In this document: piece after piece, positions 1 through 13,199 of the stretch
Numbering within the stretch: position 1 is the first letter of the stretch
How the letters are laid out: every line of letters starts with the position of its first letter
Source of the DNA: Mobula hypostoma
Lineage: Eukaryota
Assembly: GCF_963921235.1 (NCBI RefSeq)
Contig: NC_086097.1
Location: forward strand, 183,336,001 to 183,400,000
Length of the DNA stretch: 64,000 nucleotides
Reading direction: 5' to 3'
Made by a program: the position numbers and the translations under genes
Notes under the pieces: model-generated
Database searches by the model: none
The model's input: the letters and a program-made list of their open reading frames with translations, nothing else
What the model was told of the DNA's origin: nothing

Positions 1-149
1 GTGCAGTGTGTATTTTACTGACTGAAAGGGGGTGAAAAATACTGTTTACAGTTTTACAATTAATTTATTCAACTGATCAAGTATATAAATTTTAAATATT
101 TCAAACAGTATGTAAAAACAAATTTTAAAATTTTATTTATTTATCTAGA

Positions 150-430
150 TACTGAGCCAATTAGGACATTCTGGCCCTTCGAGCTGCACTGCTCCACAAC
201 CCCTGACAATCTCATTCTAACTCCAACCTAATTAGGGGACAATTTACAATGACCAATTAGCCTATCTGGTATGTCTTTGAACTGCAGGAGGAAGCTGGAG
301 TTCCTGGGGAAAACCCACACATCCCCCAGGAGGACGTACAGAGATTGCTTACAGATGATGCTGGAATTGAACTCCGAACTCCAGTGCCCTGTGCTGTAAT
401 AGCATTGCACTAACCATTATGCTACCGTAC
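150..430 (-). mobile_element. tRNA-derived V-SINE (HE1-like)
   Basis: Minus strand begins with A box TAGCATAATGG and B box GTTCAATTCC, followed by a V-domain-like TGTACGTCCTCC...GTGGGTTTTCCCCAGG...CTTCCTCC. Confidence 0.75.
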
Positions 431-592
431 AGCCCAATAAAAATAAATAAATGTTAATCATAAAGATATTACTTGCTGTCAAAGCTAACATTTATTACTC
501 ATCCCTAAAAGACCCTTAATAGGTGTTGCTGAACCAATAGTCAGAGCGCAAAATAGAAGTGGTAGAGGCAGATACTATAACAATGTTTAAAA

Positions 593-1360
593 GACGAATA
601 AACTCTTTTTGGGCTTCTAGCCAGGTATAGATATCGATTTTAACCAACATTTTGATGACAGACTCTGCCATCTTCTTCAGGGATGATGCCTGGGCATCTT
701 CAGTCCTGTGGTATATATAACCCTGTTGTCCATCCCTCCTGATTGATTAGTCATCATCCAATCAGGCTTCCGCTGTTCCACCTTGTTTACGATGGAATTC
801 CAGTTCTTGGAGTGAGATCTTCATTTTTGTTAAAATTCTTTTCCTCTAGTTTTATTTCCACGTCTTCCTTCACCAGGTGATCCCAAAAGCCATTGGCATG
901 GTACAGTAGTTTTGTGCCGTCAAAGTCAATCCTGCCGCCACTACGAATGCAGTGTTCTGCTGCCATCCATTTCTCCAGGGAACCCAACAAGGTACACTTC
1001 CTGTGGTCCTCGATGCAGGTTTCCACTGTGTGTCCTGTCCCCATATACGTTGCTCCACATTCATAGGGAATCTTGTAAACATCAGCCATCCTGAGTCCCA
1101 GGTCATCTTTGAACTACATACACTGTGATTTAAGCCTCCCTGCTGGTTTGTGGATGGTTTTAATCCTGTAATTCTTCAGGATCCTAATGACCCTTCCAGA
1201 ACTTTGGAAATATAACGAAAACAGGTGGTAGTGATAAGCAGAAGGAATCTGTCCGCAGAGCTTGTCATCGAAACGTCGGTTAAAATCAATACTCGTACCC
1301 GGCTGGAAGCCCGAAAGAGTTAATTCGTCATATATGCCATGAAAGCACTAGATCCTTTTT
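593..1360 (-). mobile_element. Penelope-like element (Poseidon-type), 5'-truncated, with inverted pseudo-LTRs
   Basis: GIY-YIG remnant VYKIPYECGATYMG..TVETCIEDH..AAEH (ORF 787-1089). 593-670 is an inverted copy of 1255-1330. TSD caatgtttaaaa (581-592) / cgatgtttaaaa (1361-1372). Inserted in an old CR1 3' end. Confidence 0.85.
642..684 (-). ncRNA. Degenerate minimal hammerhead ribozyme of the Poseidon-type pLTR
   Basis: atcc CTGAAGA A GATGGCAG-AGT-CTGTCATC AAAAT GTT ggtt. The partial plus-strand copy at 1255-1281 keeps GAAAC GTC, so this copy has G12 and cleavage-site substitutions. Confidence 0.7.
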
Positions 1361-1604
1361 CGATGTTTAAAAAATAGTTAGATAGATACCTGATAGGAAA
1401 TGTGTTGAGGGGTATGAGCTTAAGTGGGCATATAATATCAGCAGAAACAGGTATCCGTCACATTTTCAGATTCTAAATAGTTTACGCTGTCTTTCTCCCA
1501 AGCTAATGAGGAAATATTAATGCTATAGAAATTTATTGCTCCACAGAAGATTACTAATCCGGTTGAATAGATCAGAATTTACATGAAGTTTAAGTTCAAG
1601 TTTA

Positions 1605-2480
1605 TTAAGAGACAGAATCTACAAGCATTTGGATAGACCGGGACTTATTAGGGAGAGTCAACATGGCTTTGTGCGTGGTAGGTCATGTTTGACCAATCTA
1701 TTGGAGTTTTTCGAGGAGGTTACCAGGAAAGTGGATGAAGGGAAGGCAGTGGAAGTTGTCTACATGGACTTCGGTAAGGCTTTTGACAAGGTCCCGCATG
1801 GGAGGTTAGTTAGGAAAATTCAGTCGCTAGGTATACATGGAGAGGTGGTAAATTGGATTAGCCATTGGCTCAATGGAAGAAGCTAAAGAGTGGTAGTAGA
1901 GAATTGCTTCTCAGAGTGGAGGCCTGTGACTAGTGGTGTGCCGCAGGGATCAGTGCTGGGTCCATTGTTATTTGTCATCTATATCAATGATCTGGATGAT
2001 AATGTGGTAAATTGGATCAGCAAATTTGCTGATGATACTAAATTGGAGGTGTAGTGGACAGTGAGGAAGGTTTTCAAAGCTTGCAGAGGGACTTGGACCA
2101 GCTGGAAAAATGGACTGAAAAATGGCAGATGGAGTTTAATACAGACAAGTGCGAGGCATTGCACTTTGGAAGGACAAACCAAGGTAGAACATACAGGGTA
2201 AATGGTAAGGCACTGAGGAGTGCAGTAGAACAGAGGGATCTGGGAATACAGATACAAAATTCCCTAAAAGTGGCGTCACAGGTAGATAGGGTCGTAAAGA
2301 GAGCTTTTGGTACATTGTCCTTTATTAATCAAAGTATTGAGTATATGAGCTGTTTGTATGGGAGGTGTATGGAGGGATATGGTCCGTGTGCAGATCAGTG
2401 GGATTAGGCAGAAAATGGTTCGGCACAGCCAAGAAGGGCCAAAAGGCCTGTTTCTGTGCTGTAGTTTTTCTATGGTTTCT
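1605..2480 (+). mobile_element. CR1 LINE 3' fragment (RT plus 3' tail), internally deleted
   Basis: [41 protein letters not shown]; (TTTCTATGG)-type tail; nearly identical to the 34875-36590 copy. Confidence 0.92.
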
Positions 2481-2484
2481 ATTG

Positions 2485-3660
2485 ACATTCAGCCATATAC
2501 AGCTAAACCAAATGATGTTTCTCTGGAACTAAGGTGCAAATCAGTACACATATCACATACAGCAGATAAAATAATAATAACACAATAATATTGAGATAAT
2601 AAAAAATAATGTAGATGTACATATTAATATAAATTGCAAGTATGACATACAGTTGAAAATACAACAGTATAATATACCGGCGCTGTCATAAATCTTGTGC
2701 ACTGTATGGTAGCAGAGTGTTCAGAAGTCTCACCACCTGGGAGAAGACGCTGTTACCCAGCCTAACAGCCTTTGTTCATAAACTGCGGTTCCTTCTGCTT
2801 GATGGTAGGAAGTCAAAGTGATTGTGGAATGGATGGGAGGGGTCCTTGACAATTCTGAAGGCTCTACAAACAGTACTTCTGGTTTATGTCTTGTATGGGG
2901 GTGGGGGGGGGTAGGACAGAAACCCCGATGATTCTCTCAGCAGTCCTCACAATCTGTCAGAGTCATAGAATACTACAGTACAAAAACAGGCTTATCGACC
3001 TATTTTAATCTGTGCTGAAACATTAATCTGCCTAGTCTCATCGTCTCAGACCATTACCCTTCATACCCCTCTCATCCATGTCCCTACCCAAACTTCTCTT
3101 AAATGTTGAAATCAACCCCGCATCTTCCATTTGCGCTGGCAGGTCGTGTGACATTCTCCCCACCTTTTGAGTGAAGAAGTTACTCCTCGGGTTCTCACAA
3201 ATCATTTCACCTTTCACCCTTAACCCATGACCCAGCCTCATGCAACCTCAATGGAAAAAGTCTGCTTGCATTTTCCCTATCTATACTCCTCATAATTTTG
3301 TATAACTCTGTCAAATCTGCCCTCAATCTTCTACGCTCCCAGGAATGAAGTCCTAATCAATTCAAACCTTCACTACAACTCAGGTCCTGTTGCAAGAAAT
3401 GTCTCGCAATTCCCATACCAAATGGTGAAATAGCTGGTCAGGACCCTCTGGGTGGTACTCCAGTAGAATATAATTAGCATGGGGATGAGGAGCCTCACTC
3501 ACCTCATTCTCCTCAGGAAGTGGAGGTGATGCTGTATTTAGGTAGTGTTGAGGAACCAGGTGTGATCATTGGTGACATGAACTCCAACAAACTTGGTGCT
3601 CTGGACTCTTCCATGGAGGAGCTGATGATGTACAGTAAGGAGTGGTCAGCCTGCACCATT
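2485..3660 (-). mobile_element. Rex1/Babar-like LINE 3' remnant interrupted by a CR1 3' fragment (about 2958-3390, minus)
   Basis: Flanks resemble the 19925-21535 element. The inner segment encodes CR1 RGHGLRVKGE...NFFTQ (ORF 3038-3241). Confidence 0.6.
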
Positions 3661-3843
3661 TTTATGAAGTATAAAGCTGAGGTAGAAAATATCCATTGGT
3701 GTATAAATGGATATTTTTCACATTTGTGTAATGAGTAGCTTATTGTTGGAAAATAATATGAAATAAACAGGTTTGAACTTTACAACCCTTGGCATAGCAC
3801 CTTTGTTAGCCATTATCAATAAATAAACATTAATCATGCTCAC

Positions 3844-3909
3844 GCTTTGTTGATACGTGGTTCCAAAAATATAAGCAGCATTCAGCTTCGATATGGTATC
3901 TGGACACAA
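3844..3909 (-). CDS. TMEM67: TMEM67 exon 11 (gene continues beyond window start)
   Basis: ttttacAG, LCPDTISKLNAAYIFGTTYQQS, GTGAGC; 66 nt; LCPDT...LNAAY.FGTTYQQ motif. Confidence 0.96.
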
Positions 3910-4882
3910 CTGTAAAACCAATAATTAAACTATCAGACAAATTGGCATATACATAATGCCACTATTACAAAGATACAAAATATTTTTGTTGCAGAATTCA
4001 AGAATTTCTCCAAACTTTCATTGCCCTGTGCTTTTGTGATGTGAATAATAATCAAGTTAGCAGTGCACACAGATAAAATGGACAAAATAAAGGGAAAAGT
4101 AAAATCTTGTCTGACAAATTTATTGGAATTCTTTGAAAAATAATAGGCAGAATAGACAAAGGAGAGTCAATGGATGTTTATTTGGATCTTCAGAAGGCCT
4201 TTGACAGGTGCCACAGGAGGCTACTTAACAAGAAAAGAGCCCATGGTACTACAGCAAAAGTACTAGCATGGATAGAAAATTGGATGATGAAATTGATGGC
4301 TTTGTGGTAGAGTTTGCAGATTATACAAAGACAGGTGGAGAGCCTGGCAGGGTTGAGGAAACAGGGAATCCGCAGAAGGACTTGGAAAGATTAGGAGAAT
4401 GGGCAAACAAGTGGCAAGTGGAATATAGTGCAGGGAAGTGTATGGTCACACACTTTGTTGAAAGGAATAAAGGCACAGACTATTTTCTAAACCGGGAAAA
4501 GAATTCAAAATTCAGAGGTGCAAAGGGACTTGTGAGTCCTTGTGCAGGATTCTCTAAAGGTTAACTTGCAGGTTGAGTCAGCAGTAAGGAGCACAAATGC
4601 AATGTTAGCATTCATTTCAAGAGGACTAGAATATAAGTGACTTTATTAAGAAGTGTTGTTGAGGCTTTATAAGGCATTGATCAGACCACATTTGCAGTAT
4701 TTTGAGCAGTTTTGGGCCCCTCATCTAAGAAAAGATTTGCTAGCATTGGAAAAAGTCTGGAGGAAGTTCATGAGAATGATTCCATAATTGAAAGGGTTAA
4801 TGTGTGAGAAGCATTTGACGGCTCTGGGTATGCACTCGCTGAAGTTTGGAAGAATGAGAGTATCTCATTGAAACCTATTGAA

Positions 4883-5236
4883 AACGGAGACACCTCCTTC
4901 TCCCTTATTAGGGAGAGAGAGCGAGCCTGTGGTATGTCGTATACTGGGTGAAATGCAAAGTCTTTGGGGTAACTGCAAGTATGTGTCTTTGCTATTGCTT
5001 TGCTCACACTTGAGTGCTCGGTGGCAGGTGCCAATGTTTTTTTTTGCCAGTGGGGGAGGGGGTTTGTTGCTTGCTGCCACCTATGCATGGGAGGGGAGCT
5101 GGGGGGTACTTTGGGGTTCTAACATTTAACTGTCATTCATTCTTTGGGGCACTCCTGTTTTCGTGGTTGATTGTGAAGAAAAGGCATTTCAGGATGTATA
5201 TTGTATACATTTCTTTGACATTAAATTGGACCTTTG
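4883..5236 (+). mobile_element. Non-autonomous retroelement 3' portion inserted in CR1
   Basis: TSD aacctattgaa at 4872-4882 and 5237-5247; ends in ...gacattaaattggacctttga. Confidence 0.65.
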
Positions 5237-5307
5237 AACCTATTGAATATTGGAAGGCCTAGACAGAGTGGATGGGGAGAGAATGTTTTCTATAGTGGGT
5301 GAGATAA

Positions 5308-7872
5308 TGTATTTCAGTAATTTTTGAGTAATATTGTAAAAACAATCAAAAAAAAAACACAGGATAAGATGTTAATATCCCTTGTGCCTACGGGTTGTGA
5401 GCATTTGCTCGAGACTGCCTTGATGTTGGGAATGGCATGCAGGGGTCTTCAAGTGGCACCCTCTTTCCTCAATGTTTCATTGATTAGCCCGCTACCTGAT
5501 GATGACTTCTAGCATCCCAGAGTTACTGTATGTTGTGTCCTCCCACTCTCTTGATGTTGTCTCGGAGCTCTTGCTTGATCCAAAGCCACTGACTGCTTCT
5601 TTCTGCTGCCTCTGATGGCTTGCCTTAGATCCTTCAGCAATTTGATGGTGGATGCAGCTATAAATCCTCTACACCCCACGTTCAATGAACAAACTTTATT
5701 TCTCCAGTTCTTCGTTGAGCTTCAGCTGCTATATCTGCATAGTGCAGCCTCTTGTGCTCATACGTTTCAGCCACAGAATCCTCCCATGGGACTGTGAGTT
5801 TCACAATGTAGACAATCTGTAATGAATTGGACCAGAGAACCAAGTCTGGCCTGAAGTTGGTGGTAGCAATTTCTGGTGGAAAGGTGAGTTGTTTATTAAC
5901 ATGCGCCAGCAAATTTCCAGTCACGGGCCATATTCATCTGTCCTGTTTCTGGCTTAGGAGGTAGATTTTTTGGTCTTTTTGCTCCCTCCCAGACGAATGC
6001 TGCTGCTGTCAGAGTGGGTTGCTATCCTCTTGGTCTTGATTGCCACTGCCAGACTCTTCAAGACCTGGTTGTGATGCCACATGTATCTGCCTGTGTGAGG
6101 CTGGTTTTGCAGCTTGCTAGGATATACTTGAGGGTTTCCGGAATTGAGCACAGGGCACAAGTTGGGTCCTCACCAAACCACTGATGGAGGTTTTTTTTGT
6201 GAAGGAAGTGCATCATATGTAACTCTGATGAGAAAGCTAAGTCTGTTTGCTTCCATCTCCCATATGTCTTTCCAGCTGATTTTCCTTCTCTCAGTGCTTT
6301 CCCACCACATCCATTGCCCCTGCTTAGCCAGGGAGACAGCCTTTGCACTTCTGTCTGACTCCTCTTGTCATCACACTTCCTTGACAACCATGTTCTTTCC
6401 CTCTGGAATTGTGGCCTTGCGCCAGGTGGGTCTACTTGCTGTCAAACCAAAGCTATATCTGCCCTGTTGGACTTGCCCCACAATGTCTCCATGCCTAAGG
6501 GCTGCTGTTGCTTGCTGGACCGCATCAGCTGGGCTCCATTTCCACCCAGATGATAAGGTCCATGCAGCATTACTGATGGTCTTGTCACAAGAGTCTTTGA
6601 GTGTCATCTGTGGGTGTACCTTAGAACACTTGAATTCTTCTGTAAGGCTAGTGAAAGGCAGTTCGACTCCTTTACCATAGAGACCGATGTTACTGATACA
6701 CCTTGGGACTCCGAGCCACTTCTTTATGAACGTGATGGCTTGCTCGAGCTTCTTCACGGTTGTTAGTGGGACCTCATAGACAATGAGTGGCCACATCATC
6801 CAGGGTAGGAGTCCAAACTGCAAGTGCCAGACCTTCAGTTTTCCAGGCAGCATGGTCTTTTTGATGTTATCCAGGCCACTGGCGATGTGTTGTTTCAGTT
6901 GCTGCACGTGCTCTTCGTCCATGAGGCTGATGTTTTACCATCTACCCAGGCTTTTTACAGGCTGTTTAGACACTGTTGGAACTGGGTCACCACTGCTGAA
7001 GAACTTTATGTCTTTCAGCATTCCCTTGACTATGGACTTGCTGGGTTTGATTTTCATTCTAGCCCACTTGATGTTTTCCTGCAGCTTACCAGGTAGTCGC
7101 TTGGTGCATGTTACAGTAGTGGTCAGTGTTGTTATATTGTCCATGTACGAAGTCCAGCACTTGTTCTTTCACTGCCCACCACCCATCTTGAAGCCCTGAT
7201 AATGACCTCCATTGTGAAGGCCAGGGGTGAGATAGTGAACCTGCCATAATGTCTACTTCCCATCTCTGCCATATTATGGTAAAATCTAATGTTGTGAAGC
7301 AAAATTGCAGGTCTTGGATGTACAACTTCACCAGCATTGTGATGGGCTCTGGTATCTTGAAGAAGTCAAATGCTTCCCAGGAGTGCATGGAGAATTGATC
7401 CAAATGCATTGTCAAGGTCCAGGAAGATCACAAAGAGATTTCTTTTTTCCTTCGTAGCTGCTCGGATCTGGTGCCATATCATGCTTGTATGTTCCAAACA
7501 CCTGGAGAACCATGGAATTCCTGCTTTCTGTACAGATGTATCAATGTACTTGTTCCTCTCCAGTTAGCTGGCCAGCCTCTGTCCTATTACAGTGAAGAGG
7601 ATTCTCTCCTTGATGTTCAAGGCAGATTGGTTGAAACTGACTGATGCTTTCAGCATCTTTTTCTTTTGGAATCAGGACACCGACAGCCCTTTGCTTATTG
7701 TTGTTTGCATAATTCATTATGGGTTATAAATATATGAATGGTGTATGTCATTACAGCACCATGAGATATGTGCATGCTTCATTAAAAGTTAAGAACGAAG
7801 TGGGCATGTTTATTCCCAGGTCCATGCTTTTTTTTTGATTGTTTTTATGTTTTGGAGTTACAAAATATAACA
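5308..7872 (+). mobile_element. Gypsy solo LTR split by the HERO insertion (LTR parts about 5308-5350 and 7690-7872)
   Basis: Begins TGTATTTC and ends GGAGTTACAAAATATAACA. Similar to the LTRs at 37031-37250 (reverse complement) and 59225-59387. Confidence 0.65.
5365..7690 (-). mobile_element. R2-superfamily non-LTR retrotransposon with restriction-like endonuclease (HERO-like), 5'-truncated and decayed
   Basis: RT remnant (KWARMKIKPSKS, LQFGLLPWMMWPLIVYEVP), CCHC-type knuckle CALCSIPETLKYILASC..GRYMWHHNQVL, RLE motif RPDLVLWS...IVKLTVPWED. Confidence 0.85.
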
Positions 7873-8604
7873 TCTAGGACACAACTAGAGCCTCAGAGTA
7901 GAGGGGTGTCGATTTAGAACAGAGATGAGAGGGAATTTCTTTATCCAGCGAGTGGTGAATCTTTGGAATTAATTGCCAAGGACAGCTGTGGAGGCCAAGT
8001 CATCGAGTATACTTAAAGCGGAGGTTGATAGCTTCTTGGTTAGTTGGGAGAAGAGGGTTGAGAGGGATAATGAATCAGCTATGATGGAATGGCGAAGCAG
8101 ACTTGATAAGCCGAGTGGCCTAATTCTGCTCCTATATTTCATGGTCTTAAAATCTGACAGCAGCTTCTGGAGTATACCATGCACACTTAAACTCTGAAAT
8201 GCAGAAACTGTAGTTTGCTGCTCTGTCACATGGGAATCTTCCTCCAATATAATCAGTGGAAATCAGTGAAATAGCAACAACATTTATAAGCTTACTTCAT
8301 TGTAAAAACTCTGAAAATATCTTGTCTTTTTGAATGACCTGCAGGCTGGAAAATTTGTGCAATGAACATATAGCAGCTTAAACTGCTGCAAGTATGCCAG
8401 GCCCTGTGAAATAAATAGGGAGAAATTGCTGCCGGTTTAACAATGGAGAGAGCTTTTAATTTACATTTTATTTTGATTTTTTTAAATTCATTTACTTTAA
8501 ATAAATTGTTTTGTTCTAATCATGTGTGAATGTTTTAGTGTTTTAATGTATTAAATATAAACTCATATTTTGCAATATATATGTTTATATTTTCTATATT
8601 AAAT

Positions 8605-8719
8605 ACAAATGTCAACTGTACTTTTTTCCATGGATGCTGCCTGGCCTGCTGAGTTCCTCCAGCACTTTGTGTGTGTTGCTTGTATTTCCAGCATCCGCAG
8701 ATTTTCTCTTGTTTGTGAT
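8605..8719 (+). mobile_element. Old Penelope-like pLTR 3' fragment (Neptune-type family)
   Basis: gatgctgcctggcctgctgagttcctccagca...ttccagcatccgcaga, same family as 27080-28234 and 53945-54326. Confidence 0.75.
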
Positions 8720-10268
8720 TCACCCCAACCCCCCCCCCCCACCCCCCGGCCTGGAAATTCTTATGTTTCATTGTTTCACAACACTGAATCACAGCAGATT
8801 TAATTTGGCATTTTTTGACACTGATCAATAGGAAAATAACTCTTGTGTCAAAGTGAAAACAGATCTCTACAAAGTGATCTAAATTAATTACAAATATAAA
8901 ACACAAATCAATTGATTGCATAAGTATTCACTCCTTTAATATGACACAGAAAATCATCACTGGTGTAGCCAATTGGTTTTATAAGTCATGTAATTATTTA
9001 AATTGAGATCACCTGCCTGCAGCCAATGTTTCAATTGATTGTGGTAAAAATACACCTGTTCAACTGCTGGTTAGTCAGTATCTTGGTAAAAACTACATCA
9101 TAAAGACAAAAGAATACTCTGAGCAGCTCTGTGAAAAGGTTATTGAAAAGCACAAGTCAGGAGATGGATACAAGAAAATTTCCAAGTCACTGAATATCCC
9201 TTGGAGTACAGTTAAGTCAATCAGCAGGAAATGGAAAGCATGTAGCACAGCTGCAATCTGCCTAGAGCAGGCTGTCCTCAAAATCAGTGTGCAAGAAGGG
9301 GACAAGTGAGAAAGGCCACCAAAAGACCTGTGACAATTCTGGTGGAGTTACAAGTTTCAGTGGCTGAGATGGGAGAGACTGCACAAGCTATAATTACTGC
9401 TGGGTGCTTTACCAGTTGCAGCTTTATGGGAGAGTGGCAAAGAGAACTCAAATGAAATCTCCGCTAAAGGCCATGTGGGAGACTCTGAAGTCAGCTGGAA
9501 GTTTCTATGGTTTGATGAAATCAACATGGAGCTTTTTGGCCATTAGACTAAATGCTGTACATTATCAAAAACACATCCATCCCTACTGTGGAGCCTGGTG
9601 GTGGCAGCATTATGCTGTGGGGATGCTTTACTGCAGTAGGTCCTGGGAGGCTTGTGAAGGTAGAGGATAAAGCAAATGCAGCAAAATACAGGGAAACCCT
9701 GGAGGAAAACCTGATGCAGTCTGCAAGAGAACTATGACTCAGGAGAAGATATCTTTTCCCTAACAGGACAATGACCCAAGCCTAAAGCCAGAACTACACA
9801 GGAATGGTCTAAAAACAAAGAAGTTAATGTCCTGGAGTAGCTAAGTCAGAGTCCAGACTCAATCCAATTGAGAATTTGTGGCTGGACTTGAAAAGGGCTG
9901 TTCACTCACAATCCTCATGTAATCTGACAGAGCTTGAACAGTTTTGTAAAGAATACAGAAAAATTGCAATGACCAGATGTGCAAAGCTGATAGAGACCTA
10001 GACACACAGACTCAAGGCTGTAATTGCTACCAAAGGTGCATCTAGTCAACACTGATTTGTAGGGGGTGAGTAATTATGCAATCAATTATTTTGTAATAAA
10101 TTTAGACTAATTTATAGAAATTTGTTTTCACTTTGACACGAAAAGATCTTTTCTGTTGATCAGTGTCAAAAAAGCCAAATTAAATCCGCTGTGATTCAAT
10201 GTTGTAAAACAATAAAACATGAAAACTTTGGGGGGTGGGGGGGTGGTGAATACTTGTTGTAGGAACTG
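8720..10268 (+). mobile_element. Tc1/mariner DNA transposon, decayed, with long inverted repeats
   Basis: About 200 bp inverted repeats (8720-8935 vs 10062-10268, ending ...gaactg+TA). Transposase remnants KTKEYSEQLCEKVIEKHKSGDGYKKISKSL, TVEPGGGSIMLWGCF, QDNDP, NPIENLW. The left tip is lost at the PLE fragment. Confidence 0.88.
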
Positions 10269-10271
10269 TAA

Positions 10272-11161
10272 TGTTCAAAGTGCATTTACTATCAATGTAT
10301 AAATTATACAACATTGAGATTTATCTCCTTACAGACAACCACAAAATAAGAAACCCAAAAGAACCCTTTAAAATAAAATCCATAAAAATCCAATGTGCAG
10401 AGAGGAAAAAAAATCAAATTGTGCAAGCAATAAAAGCAAGCAAATAGCATTCAGAACATAGGTGAGTCCATAGACATTATCTGGAGCAGCCAGAAGAGGC
10501 CCACAGCCTCTGTCTCAGTTCATCACATAGGAGAGGAAAACGTCACAGATCCCACAGACACAAAGCCTGGTGCAGCTGCAGAAGGCCCATATCCTCAGCC
10601 TCAGTGCAGTGGAGCGTGGAGCAAACGTCGCGAAGCAACAAGCAGAACCGGCCCAACCCACACCTCTGGTCCCGACACCTTGCCTTATCAATCTACTTGG
10701 TCCAGTATATAAATCGCCCAAACATCGGGTCGTTCCTCACTCTTAAGAGTCAGGCCCTTTTGCATTGATGAGGTCTGAGCCTGGACCCTGCTGCCATGTC
10801 TCAGCCTGTAAATGACCTTTCCAAATTGGCCTGCAGCTTAGATCGATCGAACCTCACTTTTGCTTTAGGTGGATGGGCTCCAAAACTCCTCCAATTTGAC
10901 TTTTCTCCGCTTTGCTCTTTCCAACTCCGTCTTGAACCTGCCTCGACCTTGCTCCCATCACTTCTCCTCGAACGTGCCTTGACCTTACTCACATCCATAT
11001 GCCTCGACCTTTGAGTCAGCCTCACCTTCAATTGACTCTTCATTGTTTGTGGTGATTGTAATATTTTACAGAAAAAGTATTATTATGAAAGTATTTAGTT
11101 GTACTTCTTACTTTGAGAACCACCAGTAAGTTGCTGCCTGCCTTCAGGAGCACCATCTTAA
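10272..11161 (-). mobile_element. Non-autonomous retroelement with AAGATGG head and Rex/Babar-like 3' tail
   Basis: Minus strand starts TAAGATGGTGCTCC. 3' end (10272-10470) resembles the 3' end of the Rex1/Babar element near 19940-20070. No RT motifs. Confidence 0.5.
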
Positions 11162-11628
11162 AACAAAAGTGTTATAATGTCTGGAGTATATACACATTTT
11201 TGGGAACACAACTAGCAACTTGTACTTGGAAAGGACCTCTACTGCAACATGCTACACTGAACCATGTCAATAAGCTGGAAGAAACAGCATGATTCAAAGG
11301 CCATGACTGGTGACTCGGAAGACTCGCATTCAGGAGAAGATCCAGGTCAATGTGTTTTTCAACATTAAATAATAATCATATGATTATATAGGGAACATTA
11401 TTTTAAAATGCTTTAAAATAAAACAAACATTATTAAGGTTCAATAGATCTCATTAACTGATTCTGATACCTTGACAAATAATTCTGGTAAAAGTTTAACT
11501 GGAAATATTGTACTAGAATTCAACTCATTTTTTCAGACATCCAAATTGAAAATATGAAGTGTTATTAGCTTTTTGATGAATAGAGAATTATCAAGTTATA
11601 TTTTATGTAATTATTTTAGAAATATTAC

Positions 11629-11715
11629 CTGCAAAGTACCTCCAGTTACTTTTTCCCAATTAAGAAAATAACCACGAGCATCATATTTGGCAAGGATAAA
11701 TTGTAATTCCATATG
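11629..11715 (-). CDS. TMEM67: TMEM67 exon 10
   Basis: cttgcAG, HMELQFILAKYDARGYFLNWEKVTGGTLQ, GTAATA; 87 nt; YD.RG.FL.W....GG.LQ motif. Confidence 0.96.
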
Positions 11716-12569
11716 CTGCAAGCAGTAAAACATAAACAATGAAAAAGAAGCAATCACATTCACAACTTACAAAACTGTTTGTATTTAAGGTGAAGGGTGC
11801 TGTGTAATAAATCTCAACACCTGGCCAGGTATCAGCTGCTGATGAAAATAAATAGCTTTGATCACTGAAGTAAAGGGTGTTTGGCTAACCTGGCTGAATT
11901 TTTTTAAGGAGGTCTGTAGCTTGGTGGATTGATGGTGAAATCTTGAATAGAGTGTGCAAGGCAAGGCAAGTCCATAGAACAAACCTTACTGACAAATGCT
12001 CACTATCCAGAAGAAATAACAATGGTTCCTTTACCTTAAACTACCTGGCAAGAAAAATGAAACAACCTGTTATCCTGGTATGTTAGAATCTAATGTCTTA
12101 GGTAATCTAATGATTTGTTGTTGCATAATTAAAAGATAGTGATAGAATTGTGTAGCCAGAACTACAGTGTCAATGGTTGTAAGTATTTTAGACTAGGTCC
12201 ATGCCTCTGAAGTACTTTGGAAGGCAATACTAAAGTGATTAACCAGCTGAGAAGAATCAATACATTCAGAAGGGGAAACCATGTAAGTAACGTACAACTT
12301 CACTAGCTGTTTACTTAAACATGGTCTATTAAAGTTGTATTTGCTTGGACACTGTGCCTGCTTTATTTAATGCACGTGGTATGCAACTATCATGTTATTT
12401 GAATACAGTGGCACTAATTTCCTCCTTCAAACTGGTTTAAGGATCATTTTAAAATCCTTGACATTCCTGTTCATTATCAGTTCCACTCATTAGAATTTTC
12501 TTCAATCTTCAACACACAAAAAAGATTATAAATGAACTCAGTAAATACTACCAGCAAATCAGTCTTGTG

Positions 12570-12812
12570 CATTCAATTAATGACTAGATTTAATTGTCAC
12601 ATGTACACCAAAATATCAAAACTTTTGCATCAATGAGCAACACTGACCAAAGATGTGCTGGGAGCAGCCTGCAAGTGTCATCACACTTCTGGCCCCAACG
12701 TAGCATGCCCACAACTTAGTAACCCTAAGATGGATATCTTCGGAATGTGGAAGGAAATCCATGTTGTCATGAGGAGAACGTAAAGACTCCTTATAAATAG
12801 CGGCAGGAATTG
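12570..12812 (-). mobile_element. V-SINE-like remnant
   Basis: ggagtctttacgttctcctcatgac...ggatttccttccacattccgaagat V-domain-like on the minus strand. Confidence 0.55.
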
Positions 12813-13199
12813 ACTACCTTCTGTCTTTGCCTATACTAAACTGCTGATGGTTCTCCCTGATGATTGCCATACGGGAAATGGCAAACTGCTGGCCTGTGCC
12901 TCATTGGAGGACAATCTCGATCTGCTCTGGGTCCGAAGGACATAGTTTCACATTAAAGCATTTAAGCTCGAGGTCCAGCAGTCTCAGTTGATTGACCAGC
13001 AAGGCATATGCAAGGTAACAGGGAAAAGAGCTGAAGTGTTATTGGCATTTGAAATGTAGGGAGTCTCTTCATGTTTCTTGGAACTTCTGTCACTCTTCCT
13101 GTTTTTTTTTGTTTCATTATAAAGACCTGGGCATTCATTGGCAAGGCCAGTGTTTACTGGCATCTGGAGAAGTGGTAATGAGCCACTTTACTTATCTGC

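Larger units (their letters stand above)
4090..8150 (+). mobile_element. Old CR1 LINE (RT to 3' end), host to nested insertions
   Basis: KSCLTNLLEFFE, DLQKAFD, EFADYTK, WANKWQVEY. The CR1 sequence resumes at 7873 (tctaggac...GNFFIQRVVNLWN). Confidence 0.85.
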
